Notes: a model not told the origin generated them from the letters alone. Counted from the first letter of the stretch, positions 30,046 through 40,958 are shown. The stretch is 64,000 nt of DNA from Candidatus Latescibacterota bacterium (GCA_965116875.1 OZ220733.1:3200001-3264000), one strand, 5' to 3'. A program made the numbers and translations.

Positions 30046-31137
30046 TCAGTTCTCTCCGGTTCCGCATCGGGCCCTGTGAAGAAGATAGTGGTCTGTCAGG
30101 ACGAGCGCGATCATGGATTCGACCATCGGCACAGCGCGGGGCAGGACGCAGGGATCGTGGCGGCCTCGGCCCGATAGCGTGGCGGGGTTGCCGTGAATAT
30201 CAACGGTTTCCTGGGTCCTGAGGATGGTTGCCGTCGGCTTGAAGGCGGCGCGGACCACAATGTTCTCTCCGTTGGAGATGCCGCCCTGGATACCGCCGGA
30301 ACGGTTGGTCCGCGTCCGTATCCTTTCGCCGTCGTTGTAGAACGGATCGTTGTGGCCGGAACCGGTGAGTTTCGTGCCGGCGAAACCGGATCCGATTTCG
30401 AAACCCTTGCAGGCCGGCAGAGAAAGGACGGCTTTGCCCAGGTCGGCTTCCAGTTTGTCGAACACGGGCTCCCCCAGACCGGCCGGCACGTTGCGGGCGA
30501 CGGCCTCCACGACGCCGCCGAGAGAGTCGCCGTCTTTGCGCGCCCGTTCGATCTGTTCGATCATCTGATCGGCGATTTCGGAATCGGGGCAGCGGACGAT
30601 GTTGGATTCAATCTGTTCCCGCGTGACGAGGTCGGGGTCGATGTCTGCCGCCAGGTCGCGTACGCGTTTGACAAAGGCCAGGATCTCGACCCCCATCGCC
30701 TGATGCAGGATCTTACGCCCGATCGCGCCGGCGGCCACGCGCCCGATGGTCTCTCTCGCGCTGGCCCGCCCGCCTCCCTGCCAGTCTCGAATCCCGAACT
30801 TTGCCTGGTAGGTGTAGTCGGCGTGAGAAGGCCGGTACTTTACCCGCATTTCCTCGTAGTCTCTGGATCGGGCGTCTCTGTTCCGGACAATCAGGGAGAC
30901 TGGCGTGCCCAGCGTCCTGCCTTCGAAGACGCCGGACAGGATTTCGACGCGGTCTTCTTCCTTTCGCTGGGTGGTTATCCTGCTCTGGCCGGGTCTGCGC
31001 CGGTCCAGTTCGGCCTGGATTTCCCCCGACGTGATTTCGAGATCGGGCGGGCAGCCGTCAACAACAACGCCCACTCCTGCGCCGTGGGACTCGCCCCACG
31101 TGGTGATGCGGAAGAGGCGGCCGAATGTGTTGCCCAT
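30046..31137 (-). CDS. aroC: Chorismate synthase
   Basis: [33 protein letters not shown]. Confidence 0.97.
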   Translation of the reverse strand: MGNTFGRLFRITTWGESHGAGVGVVVDGCPPDLEITSGEIQAELDRRRPGQSRITTQRKEEDRVEILSGVFEGRTLGTPVSLIVRNRDARSRDYEEMRVKYRPSHADYTYQAKFGIRDWQGGGRASARETIGRVAAGAIGRKILHQAMGVEILAFVKRVRDLAADIDPDLVTREQIESNIVRCPDSEIADQMIEQIERARKDGDSLGGVVEAVARNVPAGLGEPVFDKLEADLGKAVLSLPACKGFEIGSGFAGTKLTGSGHNDPFYNDGERIRTRTNRSGGIQGGISNGENIVVRAAFKPTATILRTQETVDIHGNPATLSGRGRHDPCVLPRAVPMVESMIALVLTDHYLLHRARCGTGEN

Positions 31138-31374
31138 GCGACGTTCGCTCCTGGCTGGTTTCCTCTGGTTTTCCGACCTGCGAAGCCGTTGCCCCGACCC
31201 GCCGGAAACGGCCTCAATGTACCGAATCCGCAAATCAGGGTCAAGCAAAAGTCTGTGTGTGAGAGCGCTTCCGGCGCAAGGACGGACGCGTCGCAAGCCC
31301 CCGATCCGCGACGTCTTGACAGGGTGGGGGCGCGGGCCTATCTTGTGCTCGCCAATTCCAGTCAGGGGGATGAT

Positions 31375-32157
31375 ATGACGGAGCTTATTTCCGGAATTCT
31401 GGAAGAAATGACGATCGACCAGGTCAGGAGGCTGAAGCCGGACGTTGCCGTCATTCCGATCGGGTCAACGGAACCGCACGGGCCCGCACTGCCCTATGGT
31501 ACGGACAGTTATCGCGCCGAGGCAATCGCCCGCGGCGCCACCCGGGCGGCGAACGGACAGGGCGGCAGCGTGGTTTGCCTGCCCACCGTCCGCGTCAGCC
31601 TGAACAACAACTTTCGCGCCTTTCCGTTCGCCTGTCGCATGCGGGTGTCCACGTTCATGGCCCTGCTGAAGGACCTCGTAAACATGTGTGAGGCGGAGGG
31701 TATTGAAAAGGTGGTATTCATCAATGCCCACGGAGGCAATCCGGACGTGATCCGGGCGGCAATGCGCGATCTGGCCGCGGAAGACGGCGCTTTCGTCTGC
31801 ATGATACAGGCGTCATCCTGCGCGTCGCGGGAAGCGCGGCAGGTCTGCGAGAAACCCAGCGATCACGCCGGCGAGGAGGAGACGTCTCAAATGCTCTATC
31901 TTCGGCCCGACCTCGTCCATGAGGCGAAGATCGGCGACAATCCGCGGATGCAGCCGGCGCTGGAGGTCCTGACGGAGTTTCAGGTGGATTTCGTCAGGCC
32001 CTGGCATCTTTACATGCCGGCCTCCGCCGGTGGAGACGCAACCCGCGCATCCAGGGAAAAGGGAAGGATCGTAATCGACTCGAGCATCGAAGGCACGGGC
32101 AGGTTTCTGGCCGAACTGTCAAGGGCGGACCGGAACCGGAATTTCCCCTACGCGTAA
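31375..32157 (+). CDS. Creatininase family amidohydrolase
   Basis: [28 protein letters not shown]. Confidence 0.9.
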   Translation: MTELISGILEEMTIDQVRRLKPDVAVIPIGSTEPHGPALPYGTDSYRAEAIARGATRAANGQGGSVVCLPTVRVSLNNNFRAFPFACRMRVSTFMALLKDLVNMCEAEGIEKVVFINAHGGNPDVIRAAMRDLAAEDGAFVCMIQASSCASREARQVCEKPSDHAGEEETSQMLYLRPDLVHEAKIGDNPRMQPALEVLTEFQVDFVRPWHLYMPASAGGDATRASREKGRIVIDSSIEGTGRFLAELSRADRNRNFPYA

Positions 32158-32190
32158 CCTCAGTCCTAAAAAAAGGCAAAGGCGAAATTT

Positions 32191-32324
32191 ACCACAAAGA
32201 GCACAAAAGGTATCAGCGCAAAAGCGGGGCATCAAGGTCGAACAAATGGATGAACTACCGCTCACGTCCAGTGACCCCGGGTATCCGGGAACTTTGACTT
32301 CAATTCGCCCTTGTTCTTTTGTGG
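32191..32324. repeat. Small element with inverted ~9-mer-type arms
   Basis: ACCACAAAGAGCACAAAAGG ... CCCTTGTTCTTTTGTGG. Confidence 0.45.
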
Positions 32325-32407
32325 ATTTTCGACATTCAGGTCCCAGGATAATTTCGAATCAGGATTAAGAGACACGGCTTTTTGCAACGTCGATACCAGA
32401 GGAGACC

Positions 32408-33505
32408 ATGGTAAACTACAATGACCTGGAGGTGAGGCCGTTCATCAACGCCAGCGGGACGATTACGACCCTCGGCGGCAGCCTGATGCCCTCCGAAGTA
32501 CTCGATGCCATGCGGGATGCCGCTGGAGCGTTTGTGAATCTTCCGGAACTGAACGAAAGGGCGGGGAGGTACCTGGCGGGGACAATCGGCGTCGAGGGCG
32601 CATTCGTGTCGTGCGGCGCGGCAAGCGGCATGCAGCTGTCGGCGGCAGCCTGTCTCACGGGTACGGACGCGGAAAGAGTCCGCGCGCTGCCTCATACCGA
32701 CGGCTGGAGGAACGAGTTTGTGGTCAGCCTCGTGGATTCCCACACCTATATTCACCAGGGGATTGAGATCTGCGGCGGAAAGCTTACGTGGGTGGGCAGC
32801 AGGACGGACGTGACGACCGGGGAGATTCTGGGCGGGATCACGGAACGGACGGCGGCCGTTGTGCATTTCCTGGGAACGCAGAGCAGGTCGCAGCTCGAAG
32901 AGGTGGTTGCCGGGGCCAGCCGGATGGGGGTCCCCGTGGTGGTCGACGCAGCCGCGCAGCTTCCGCCGAGGACGAATCTGACGGAGATCGTTGACATTGG
33001 GGCGAGCCTGGCCGTCTTCAGTGGCGGCAAGGGTCTGCGCGGGCCGCAATGTACGGGTCTGGTTTTGGGAAAAAGCGACTACGTGGACGCGGTCCGGTTG
33101 AATGCCAGCCCCTTCAGCGCGGTGGGGCGCGGCATGAAGGTGGGCAAGGAGGAGATCCTCGGGCTGTTGGCCGCGGTCGATCTGTTTCTGGCGGGGAGCG
33201 ACGAGGCGGACCGGCTGGACTGGCATCGACAGGCGACGCGCGTCGTGGAACTCGCGGCTGAGGTACCGGGCGCCGCGGCGTACGTGTTGGGCGAGGGTCA
33301 GCAGGCTTCTCCCGATTTCGCCCCCAGGGCGTACGTCGATCTCGATGAGGCTGAAACCACCCGGGTAATTCGGGCGATGCGGGAAGGGGAGCCGCCGGTC
33401 GTGGTCCGTTCAAGCGGGAGCGGAGTCGTCGTGGATCCGATGACGCTGGCGCCCGGCGAGGAGGAGATCGTCGGCCGTCGGTTGAAGGAGGTGTTGAACC
33501 GATGA
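32408..33505 (+). CDS. SelA-like/DgaE-family PLP-dependent enzyme
   Basis: INASGT.T.LGGS, VDAAAQ, FSGGKGLRGPQ, GRGMKVGKEE. Confidence 0.85.
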   Translation: MVNYNDLEVRPFINASGTITTLGGSLMPSEVLDAMRDAAGAFVNLPELNERAGRYLAGTIGVEGAFVSCGAASGMQLSAAACLTGTDAERVRALPHTDGWRNEFVVSLVDSHTYIHQGIEICGGKLTWVGSRTDVTTGEILGGITERTAAVVHFLGTQSRSQLEEVVAGASRMGVPVVVDAAAQLPPRTNLTEIVDIGASLAVFSGGKGLRGPQCTGLVLGKSDYVDAVRLNASPFSAVGRGMKVGKEEILGLLAAVDLFLAGSDEADRLDWHRQATRVVELAAEVPGAAAYVLGEGQQASPDFAPRAYVDLDEAETTRVIRAMREGEPPVVVRSSGSGVVVDPMTLAPGEEEIVGRRLKEVLNR

Positions 33506-34338
33506 TCGATGCCCATCTGCATATCGGACATCTGGGCAGGAGTATCGAGAATACGATCCGGCATATCGACGGCATCGGGGCCGAGAAAGCCGTATTCCTG
33601 CCGATCGAGACGGCCGACAGGGAATACGAGTGGCTCACCGAAAAGGTTGTTGAGGCGCATAAGCGGTACCCGGACAGAGTCATCCCCTTCTGCCACGTGG
33701 ACGTGACGAGGGACGACGCGGTCGCGGAGCTCGAACGCCGCGCGGCAACGGGTGTCTTCAAGGGATACGGCGAACAGAAACAGCACGTGCCGTTGAATCA
33801 TCCCGGTCTGGAGCGCGTGATGGCCTTCTGCAATGAGATGCGCTGGCCCGTCACGTGGCATTTCCAGGAGGGAAACCGGGGTTACAACCAGGGATTCGGG
33901 CATCTGGAGACGCTCGTGCGCACGTTCCGTGACATCCGGTTCATCGGTCACGCGCAGTCCTGGTGGGCCAATATCAGCGCCGAGGTTCCGCCGCCGGAAG
34001 AGACCCTGTACCCCACGGGGCCGGTGGTTCCGGGCGGGCTGGCGGACCGGCTGCTTTCCGACTACGAGAACGTGTATGCGGACCTGTCGGCCGGGTCGGG
34101 ACTGGGGGCCATTACGCGGGACGAGGCATTCGGCAGGGACTTTCTGATGCGCCACCGGCGGAAGCTGCTGTTCGCCACGGACTGCCCGTGTGTGGATGGT
34201 CGGGGAACCGACTATCCGCCGGGATGTTTTGCGGCGAAGAGTCTGCCTTTCCTGAGACGGATGGTGGACGATTCGGAAGCATTGGAGGACATCCTGCATC
34301 GCAACGCCGTGCGCGTGTTAGGATTGGACGGGAATTAA
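33502..34338 (+). CDS. Amidohydrolase family protein
   Basis: IDAHLH, GE.K, IGHA, DLSAGSG, FATD. Confidence 0.85.
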   Translation: MIDAHLHIGHLGRSIENTIRHIDGIGAEKAVFLPIETADREYEWLTEKVVEAHKRYPDRVIPFCHVDVTRDDAVAELERRAATGVFKGYGEQKQHVPLNHPGLERVMAFCNEMRWPVTWHFQEGNRGYNQGFGHLETLVRTFRDIRFIGHAQSWWANISAEVPPPEETLYPTGPVVPGGLADRLLSDYENVYADLSAGSGLGAITRDEAFGRDFLMRHRRKLLFATDCPCVDGRGTDYPPGCFAAKSLPFLRRMVDDSEALEDILHRNAVRVLGLDGN

Positions 34339-34344
34339 CCGACC

Positions 34345-35796
34345 ATGTCGATCGCGATTAAAGACTTCGACCTCAACGTATTGAACATGAAAGCGCGAAT
34401 GCCCTTCCGATACGGAATCGCGTCTCTCGTCGCCGTTCCCCATCTGTTCGTCCGGGTGACCGCGGAAATTTACGGACGCGGGGAGGTGGGACTCGCCGCG
34501 GACGGGCTCCCGCCCAAGTGGTTTACCAAGAACCCCGATGCGTCGTTCGAGGACGACCTTGAGGAAATGCTGGCGGTCATCCGGCAGGCCTGCCGGCTGT
34601 CCCTGGCGGCAAACCCGGCGGATTCCGTCTATGGCTTCTGGCGGGACATATACAACCGTCAGGAGGAGTGGGCGGCATCCACGTCGTACCCGCCGTTGCT
34701 GTGGGGCTTCGGCGTGAGCCTTGTGGAGCGGGCTCTTATAGACGCGTTCTGCCGGGCGACCGGCGCCACGTTCGAAATTGCGATGCGAGAGAATGGTTTC
34801 GGCCTTCGGATGGGAGAGATTCATCCCGTTCTGGAGGGAGTCGAACCCGGTTCGCTGCTGCCCGAACGCGCGAACAGGTCGATCCTGGCGCGCCATACCG
34901 TGGGACTGACCGATCCGCTGACTGACGCGGAGATCCCGGCGGACGAGCGTGTGGTCGACGGACTGCCGCAATCTCTCGAAGCCAGCATACAGGCGTACGG
35001 CCTGTCGCATCTGAAAATCAAGCTGTGCGGCGATTCGGATCAGGACGCGGACCGGTTGAGGGACATCGCGGGACTGATGGAACGACATTCCGGTTCCGGC
35101 TATGCGTTTACGCTGGACGGGAACGAGCAGTACGCCGAAATCGATCCGTTCCGCGGGCTATGGGAATCGATCGCGGCGGATCCGTCGCTGAGCGGGTTCA
35201 TGCGACGGCTGTTGTTCGTGGAGCAGCCGCTGAGGCGGGACGTCGCCCTTGGCGCGGCTGTGGGCGGCGCCCTGCGCGACTGGCCGGGCCGTCCTCCGAT
35301 GATTATCGACGAGTCCGACGGAACGCTGACCAGCGCGGCGGAGGCCCTGGAACTGGGATACGCGGGAACCAGTCACAAGAATTGCAAGGGGATCTTCAAA
35401 GGCGTCGCCAGCGCCTGCCTCATCGCGGACAGGAGAAAGAGGGATCCCGGCCGGAAATACGTTCTGAGCAGCGAAGACCTTGGAAACGTCGGTCCGGTCG
35501 CGCTGCTGCAGGACCTGGCGGTGGCCGCGAGCCTCGGCGTGGGGCATACGGAGCGCAACGGACATCACTATTTCACGGGGTTGAGCATGTATCCCGGGGA
35601 CGTGCAGGCGCAGGTTCTACGGCATCACGGTTCGATCTACCGGCGCCACGAAGCGGGGTTTCCGACGCTGGACGTGCGCGGCGGCAGGCTGGATATCGGC
35701 AGCGTGGCGGATGCGCCATTCGGTTACGGGTTCGATCTGGACACCAAGCGGTTCACCCCGCTGGAAGACTGGTCGGCGTCATCGCTGGATCTTTGA
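34345..35796 (+). CDS. Hypothetical protein, enolase-superfamily-like
   Basis: KIKL, LDGNEQ, VEQP, IDESD, SHKNCKG. Confidence 0.7.
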   Translation: MSIAIKDFDLNVLNMKARMPFRYGIASLVAVPHLFVRVTAEIYGRGEVGLAADGLPPKWFTKNPDASFEDDLEEMLAVIRQACRLSLAANPADSVYGFWRDIYNRQEEWAASTSYPPLLWGFGVSLVERALIDAFCRATGATFEIAMRENGFGLRMGEIHPVLEGVEPGSLLPERANRSILARHTVGLTDPLTDAEIPADERVVDGLPQSLEASIQAYGLSHLKIKLCGDSDQDADRLRDIAGLMERHSGSGYAFTLDGNEQYAEIDPFRGLWESIAADPSLSGFMRRLLFVEQPLRRDVALGAAVGGALRDWPGRPPMIIDESDGTLTSAAEALELGYAGTSHKNCKGIFKGVASACLIADRRKRDPGRKYVLSSEDLGNVGPVALLQDLAVAASLGVGHTERNGHHYFTGLSMYPGDVQAQVLRHHGSIYRRHEAGFPTLDVRGGRLDIGSVADAPFGYGFDLDTKRFTPLEDWSASSLDL

Positions 35797-35905
35797 GTAT
35801 CGTCTGCCGAAGCGCGCCGTTTGCATTTCCGGGGCGGCGGCGGATGGAGGCCGTTCTGCAATCCTGACTTCAGTGAAACCAGCTCTCCTTTTTCCGGGAG
35901 GCAGA

Positions 35906-37246
35906 TTGGAACGGATCGACTGGAATGCAGTCCGTGAGGAGGTGACGGGATATCTTCAGGACCTGATCCGCCTGGACACGACCAATCCTCCCGGGAACGA
36001 GATTCTCGCCGCACAGTACCTCGCAGGCGTGTTGCAAAGAGAGGGTTTCGATCCGCGGGTGACCGAATCAGAGCCGGGACGGGGAAACGTGACGGCGCGG
36101 CTGTCCGGGGGCGGCGAACCGCTGGTGTTGCTGGGACACACGGACGTGGTCGCGGTGGAGCCCGACCGGTGGCGCCATCCGCCGTTCGGCGGCCGGCTGC
36201 ACGACGGATACGTCTGGGGCCGCGGCGCGCTGGATATGAAAAACATGGTCGCGGCGCAGTTGATGGTGTTTCTGCTGTTGAAGCGGCAAGGGATCCGTCT
36301 GAAGCGAGACGTGATATTCGCGGCCACGGCGGATGAAGAGGCCGGCAAAGGGGACCACGGCGTCGGCTGGCTGCTGGACAACCATCCGGAGCAGGTGGAC
36401 GCGCCATATGTGCTGACGGAGGGCGGCGGCGCGGAATTCCGCGTGGGCGATGCCAGGTTCTATACCTGCCAGACCGGGCAGAAGGGAATCTGCAGATTCA
36501 GGATGACGGCCGGCGGGCAGCCCGGACACGGTTCCAGGCCGCACCCGGAAAACGCCGTGGTGAGACTGTCGGAAGCGGTCGCCGCACTGGGACGGGCCGA
36601 GTTGCCGATGCATGCGTCACGGACCATCCGAGAATTTCTGGAGCGTATCGCCGAAACGCAGGATGCCGGCACCGCAAGCCGGCTGCGTCGCGTCCTGGAG
36701 CCCGCACACAGCGAGGCGGCGCTCGAAGCGCTTCCTCTGGCGTCCGATATCGTGTCGAACCTGCGTGCGTCGCTGCGAAACACCGCTTCCGTGACTATGC
36801 TGGAAGCCGGACAGAAGATCAACGTGATTCCGGCCGAGGCCGCCGCGTGGGTGGACGGCAGGCTGGCGCCCGGACAGACGGACGGGAGTTTCTTTCAGGA
36901 GATCCGTCCGCTCATCGGAGACGACGTCCGGATCGACGTGGACCAGTACAGCCCCCCTCTGGAGGCCGGGACCGACTCGCCGCTGTACCGGACCATCGTG
37001 GAGGTGATGGCGGATCAGGATCCGGGCGCGCGGGTCGTGCCGTCGCAATCCACGGGGGGCACGGATGCCAAACACATCTGCCCGCGAAGGCCGTCGACGC
37101 AGGTGTACGGGTTCATGCCTTACCGGGGAGCCCCCGGAGAAGAGGAATGGCAGCTGATTCACGGGCACGACGAACGCACCTCTGTCGCGAACCTGGTCTT
37201 CGCCACCCGCGTAATCTTCGATATCGTATGCCGCTTTTGCGGATAG
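35906..37246 (+). CDS. M20/M25/M40 family metallo-hydrolase
   Basis: GHTDVV, GRGALDMK, ADEE, GHGS, GGTD, IHGHDE; GGGAGG RBS with TTG start. Confidence 0.9.
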   Translation: MERIDWNAVREEVTGYLQDLIRLDTTNPPGNEILAAQYLAGVLQREGFDPRVTESEPGRGNVTARLSGGGEPLVLLGHTDVVAVEPDRWRHPPFGGRLHDGYVWGRGALDMKNMVAAQLMVFLLLKRQGIRLKRDVIFAATADEEAGKGDHGVGWLLDNHPEQVDAPYVLTEGGGAEFRVGDARFYTCQTGQKGICRFRMTAGGQPGHGSRPHPENAVVRLSEAVAALGRAELPMHASRTIREFLERIAETQDAGTASRLRRVLEPAHSEAALEALPLASDIVSNLRASLRNTASVTMLEAGQKINVIPAEAAAWVDGRLAPGQTDGSFFQEIRPLIGDDVRIDVDQYSPPLEAGTDSPLYRTIVEVMADQDPGARVVPSQSTGGTDAKHICPRRPSTQVYGFMPYRGAPGEEEWQLIHGHDERTSVANLVFATRVIFDIVCRFCG

Positions 37247-37292
37247 AACCCGTCGAAGAAAGACGCGTTGGAGACCGAACGGAGGGATTCTG

Positions 37293-38267
37293 ATGCGGGT
37301 GCTGGTAACGGACTATGCGTGGGCCGACCTCAGCGTGGAGCAGGAGGTTCTGGAGGCCATCGGAGTCGAACTGGTGGCCGCACCGGATGGAAGCGAAGAG
37401 ACGCTGGCACGGCTGGCCGTCGGCGCCAGCGGCATCATGACGTGCTGGGCCCAGACCACCCGGCGGGTCATTCAGGCGGCGCTGCCGGATCTGAAGGTGG
37501 TCACGCGTTACGGAGTGGGGTTGGATAATATCGACGTGGCCTTCGCAACCGCGCAAGAGATTCCCGTGGCGTACGTGCCGGACTATTGTATGACGGACGT
37601 GGCGGAGCACGCGATGGCGCTGTTGCTGGCGCTTTCGCGAAAGGTGGCCGGATTCGACCGATCGGTTCGGGGGGACGTCTGGGATATACAGGCCTGTCTG
37701 CCCCTGAATCGCCTGACCGGGCGCACGCTGGGGCTTATCGGTTTCGGCCGTATCGCGCGGGAGGTCGCGGTCCGCGCGGTACCCTTCGGGCTCCGCGTCG
37801 TTGCAACGGCGCCGTCGCTGACGGCCGGTACCGCCGCGGCCGGCGGCGTCGAGGCCGTGACGCTTGACGCGTTGCTGGACGCGTCGGACTACGTTTCGGT
37901 CCACTGTCCTTCCAAGGACGCGACGCGGGGACTCATTGGCGCGGATGCCCTGCGCAGGATGAAACCCACGGCCTGCCTGATCAACACGTCGCGAGGCGAT
38001 ATCGTGGACGAGTCCGCGCTGGCCGACGCGCTGGACGCCGGCGAGATCGCGGGGGCTGCCCTGGACGTCCGTGCAGAGGAGCCGCCGGGCGGCGGCGACC
38101 GGCTCATCGGGATGCCCCAGGTGATCCATACGCCCCACGCCGCGTTCTATTCGGCGGAATCCCTGATCGAACTGCGTGAACGCGCCGCTATGGAGACCCG
38201 CAGGGTGCTGCAGGGTGAGGATCCCGAAAACCTGGTGAATCCGGAATACCGGAGCGAGGGCGGGTGA
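37293..38267 (+). CDS. 2-hydroxyacid dehydrogenase (CtBP-like)
   Basis: RYGVGLDNID, GFGRIA, INTSRG, TPHAAFYS. Confidence 0.9.
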   Translation: MRVLVTDYAWADLSVEQEVLEAIGVELVAAPDGSEETLARLAVGASGIMTCWAQTTRRVIQAALPDLKVVTRYGVGLDNIDVAFATAQEIPVAYVPDYCMTDVAEHAMALLLALSRKVAGFDRSVRGDVWDIQACLPLNRLTGRTLGLIGFGRIAREVAVRAVPFGLRVVATAPSLTAGTAAAGGVEAVTLDALLDASDYVSVHCPSKDATRGLIGADALRRMKPTACLINTSRGDIVDESALADALDAGEIAGAALDVRAEEPPGGGDRLIGMPQVIHTPHAAFYSAESLIELRERAAMETRRVLQGEDPENLVNPEYRSEGG

Positions 38268-38271
38268 CGTC

Positions 38272-39639
38272 ATGTCCGAAAGACCCAATATCCTGGTTCT
38301 GATGTGCGACCAGCTGCGTCGCGACGCGCTGTCGATCCACGGCGACGTGAACCTGCAAACGCCGTATATCGACGCGCTTGCGACGCGGGGCGTGAGATTC
38401 TCAAACGCCTGTTCGACCTATCCGATCTGCGTGCCCTTCCGTTTTACGTTCATGACGGGAGAGTACGCCCACAGCCGAAAGGTCCCCGGCATCGAGTACA
38501 GGATGTCGCCCACCGAATATACGTTGGCCGACGCGTTCAACGAGGCGGGGTACGAAACGGTCTACGTGGGCAAGTGGCACCTGGACGGCGGTCACGGCCG
38601 CATGGGTTCCGCGCTTGAATGTGGGCGAACCCCGGTGCCGCGGGCGTACCAGGGCCGCTGGGAGAAGTGGTTCGGATTCGAACTCAGAAACGCGCCTTTC
38701 GATACGTATTTTTTCGAGGACGACGATCCGACGCCGAGGCCCATCGAAGGCTATCAGACCGATGGGTTGTACGATATCGGAATGAAGTACCTGGCAGAGC
38801 GAAGGGATCGCTCCCGGCCGTTCTGTATGGTCATTTCGGTTGAGCCCCCGCACGACCCGTTCGAAGCGCCGCCCGACGTTCAGGCCGCGTGGGAAGCCAG
38901 GGAGATTGAACTGCCGCCCAATTTCGACGCGTCCGACGCCGGGCGCTCCGAGGCATTCGTTCTGGATCGCAAGCGGTATTACGCGATGGTGGAGAATCTG
39001 GATGACAACGTCAGGCGGATGACGGAATTTCTGGAGGCGCAGGGTCTGGCGGACAATACCGTTGTGATGTTCATTTCGGACCACGGTGAACTCGGCGGAA
39101 GCCACGGACTGAAAGGGAAGCAGTGGCCGTACGAGGAATCCGTGGGTATTCCCGCGATGGTCCACGACCCCCGTTATCCAGGTAATGCGGGCGCCGCGAT
39201 CGCGGATCCGATCTGCACGGAGGATCTGTTTCCCACGTTACTGGGTCTGGCGGGGTTGGCACCCGGCGACCATCTGCCGGGCACGGACCTGTCCCCGCTG
39301 ATTCGCGGTGAGATCGAATCGCTGGATCGCGAGGGCGTACTGCTGGAGTTCGTGGCGGAACTCCGCAAGGGAATGGCGTTCAACAGGTGGGTATGGCGGG
39401 GGTTTCGCAGCCGGAGGTACAAGTATACCGTCCGGGGTGACAAGATGGGCGCCGGCGCATGGCAGTTTTTCGATCTGGAAGCCGATCCGTACGAACGGCG
39501 GAACCTGATCGATCACCCCGACTTCCAGGACGAAATCGCGCGGCACCACAGGCTTCTCAGGGACCGGCTGGTCGAGACCGGCGACCATTTCGTGTTGCTG
39601 CCGGCATTCGGCTGCGACGGCGTGAACATGTGGCAATAG
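38272..39639 (+). CDS. Sulfatase
   Basis: PNIL...DQ, CVPFR (CxPxR), GKWHL, PPHDP, SDHG. Confidence 0.93.
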   Translation: MSERPNILVLMCDQLRRDALSIHGDVNLQTPYIDALATRGVRFSNACSTYPICVPFRFTFMTGEYAHSRKVPGIEYRMSPTEYTLADAFNEAGYETVYVGKWHLDGGHGRMGSALECGRTPVPRAYQGRWEKWFGFELRNAPFDTYFFEDDDPTPRPIEGYQTDGLYDIGMKYLAERRDRSRPFCMVISVEPPHDPFEAPPDVQAAWEAREIELPPNFDASDAGRSEAFVLDRKRYYAMVENLDDNVRRMTEFLEAQGLADNTVVMFISDHGELGGSHGLKGKQWPYEESVGIPAMVHDPRYPGNAGAAIADPICTEDLFPTLLGLAGLAPGDHLPGTDLSPLIRGEIESLDREGVLLEFVAELRKGMAFNRWVWRGFRSRRYKYTVRGDKMGAGAWQFFDLEADPYERRNLIDHPDFQDEIARHHRLLRDRLVETGDHFVLLPAFGCDGVNMWQ

Positions 39640-39678
39640 CGTCTGAAATCGAAATCCCGGTGTGAATTCGTCGACGTA

Positions 39679-40719
39679 CTATTCGCAGTGAAACCAGTCG
39701 CGGAAGGCGGGCTCGTAAGGAGGGTGGGCCACGCCCTTCTCGGTGACGATGGCCGTGACCAGACGCGCGGGCGTGACGTCGAAGGCAGGATTGTATACGT
39801 TGACGCCCCCCGGCGCGGTCTGTCTGCCCATCCCGCGGGTGACTTCTTCCGGTTCCCGCTCTTCGATGGGAATCTCCTCGCCGCGAGGCAGGGACATGTC
39901 GATGGTGGAGAGCGGGGCGGCAACGTAGAAGGGCACGTTATGCTCACGCGCCAGAATGGCCAGCCCGTAGGTGCCGATCTTGTTGGCGACGTCGCCGTTG
40001 GCGGCAATGCGGTCGGCGCCTACGATGACGCTGTCGATGTTCTTCTGCCGCAGGACCGAAGCCGCCATGCTGTCGCAGATCACCGTGACGTCGACGCCGC
40101 TTTGCCGGAGTTCCCACGCCGTGAGCCTTGATCCCTGCAGCAGGGGGCGGGTTTCGTCGGCGATTACGGCGACCTGTTTCCCGGCTTCAACGGCTGCATA
40201 GATCACGGCAAGCGCCGTACCGTAGTCCGCGGTGGCCAGAGCGCCCGCGTTGCAGTGGGTGAGTACGGTCGCGTTGGGGTTGAGCAGTTCGGCGCCGTTC
40301 TTTCCAATCTGCCTGCAGACTCTCCTGTCTTCCTCGAAGATTTCCTGCGCTTCCTCCAGCAGCCGGTCCCGGATCTGAGCGGGATGCCGGTCGGCGATTT
40401 CACTGAGCCGTCTGCCCATCCGATCCAGCGCCCAGAACAGGTTCACGGCGGTGGGCCGGGTTCGAGCCAGCCTCTCGATTGCCTTCCTTGTACCTGAGAC
40501 GATATCCGACCCCGAGGCCACGGCTTCCCGCGCGCCGATAACGACGCCGTATGCCGCGGCCACGCCAATCGCAGGAGCGCCCCGGACCCTGAGACTCTCG
40601 ATGGCTTCTGCAACGGTTTCCACGTCTCCGCAGTCGATCCGGACGTAACGTTCGGGCAGAAAGGTCTGATCGATCAGCCGGAGGGTGTCATCTTCCCAGG
40701 CGATGGTTGGAACGGGCAT
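39679..40719 (-). CDS. mtnA: S-methyl-5-thioribose-1-phosphate isomerase
   Basis: VRGAPAIG, RPTAVNL, THCNAGALAT, ETRP..QG.RLT, NKIGTY, NPAFDVTP. Confidence 0.96.
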   Translation of the reverse strand: MPVPTIAWEDDTLRLIDQTFLPERYVRIDCGDVETVAEAIESLRVRGAPAIGVAAAYGVVIGAREAVASGSDIVSGTRKAIERLARTRPTAVNLFWALDRMGRRLSEIADRHPAQIRDRLLEEAQEIFEEDRRVCRQIGKNGAELLNPNATVLTHCNAGALATADYGTALAVIYAAVEAGKQVAVIADETRPLLQGSRLTAWELRQSGVDVTVICDSMAASVLRQKNIDSVIVGADRIAANGDVANKIGTYGLAILAREHNVPFYVAAPLSTIDMSLPRGEEIPIEEREPEEVTRGMGRQTAPGGVNVYNPAFDVTPARLVTAIVTEKGVAHPPYEPAFRDWFHCE

Positions 40720-40725
40720 CGGTCG

Positions 40726-40935
40726 TAGTGAGAAGCGAGGAGTGAGGAAAGAGGAGTGAGGAAAGAGGAGTGAGGAGTGAGAGAAACCCATTTCGTCCCC
40801 TCTCTTTTCCCACTTCTCTCCGTTCTCTCCTCGATTCTTGCCTCCTCTCTTTTCTCACTTCTCTCCGCTCACTCCTCTACCTGCCTTCTCTCTTTTCTCA
40901 CTTCTCTCCACTCACTTCTCGACTCTCTCCTCTAT
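40726..40935. repeat. Element family B, copy 2: purine heptamer arm plus ~3 degenerate copies of the 45-bp unit
   Basis: GAGGAGT/GAGGAAA run, then CTCTCTTTTCTCACTTCTCTCCGCTC units matching 15091-15403. Confidence 0.88.
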
Positions 40936-40958
40936 TCTGTTCCCGCGACGCAAGGTCG

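Noticed and set aside
30193-31374. Long N-terminal extensions of track ORFs (creatininase; also 3405-5216, 5778-7097, 26797-27615)
   Set aside because: They overlap real neighbouring genes or intergenic DNA; downstream starts fit the families better.
32408-33505. True selA serving the selenoprotein
   Set aside because: Only 365 aa, lacks the SelA N-terminal domain, and motifs and context fit the DgaE-like family.
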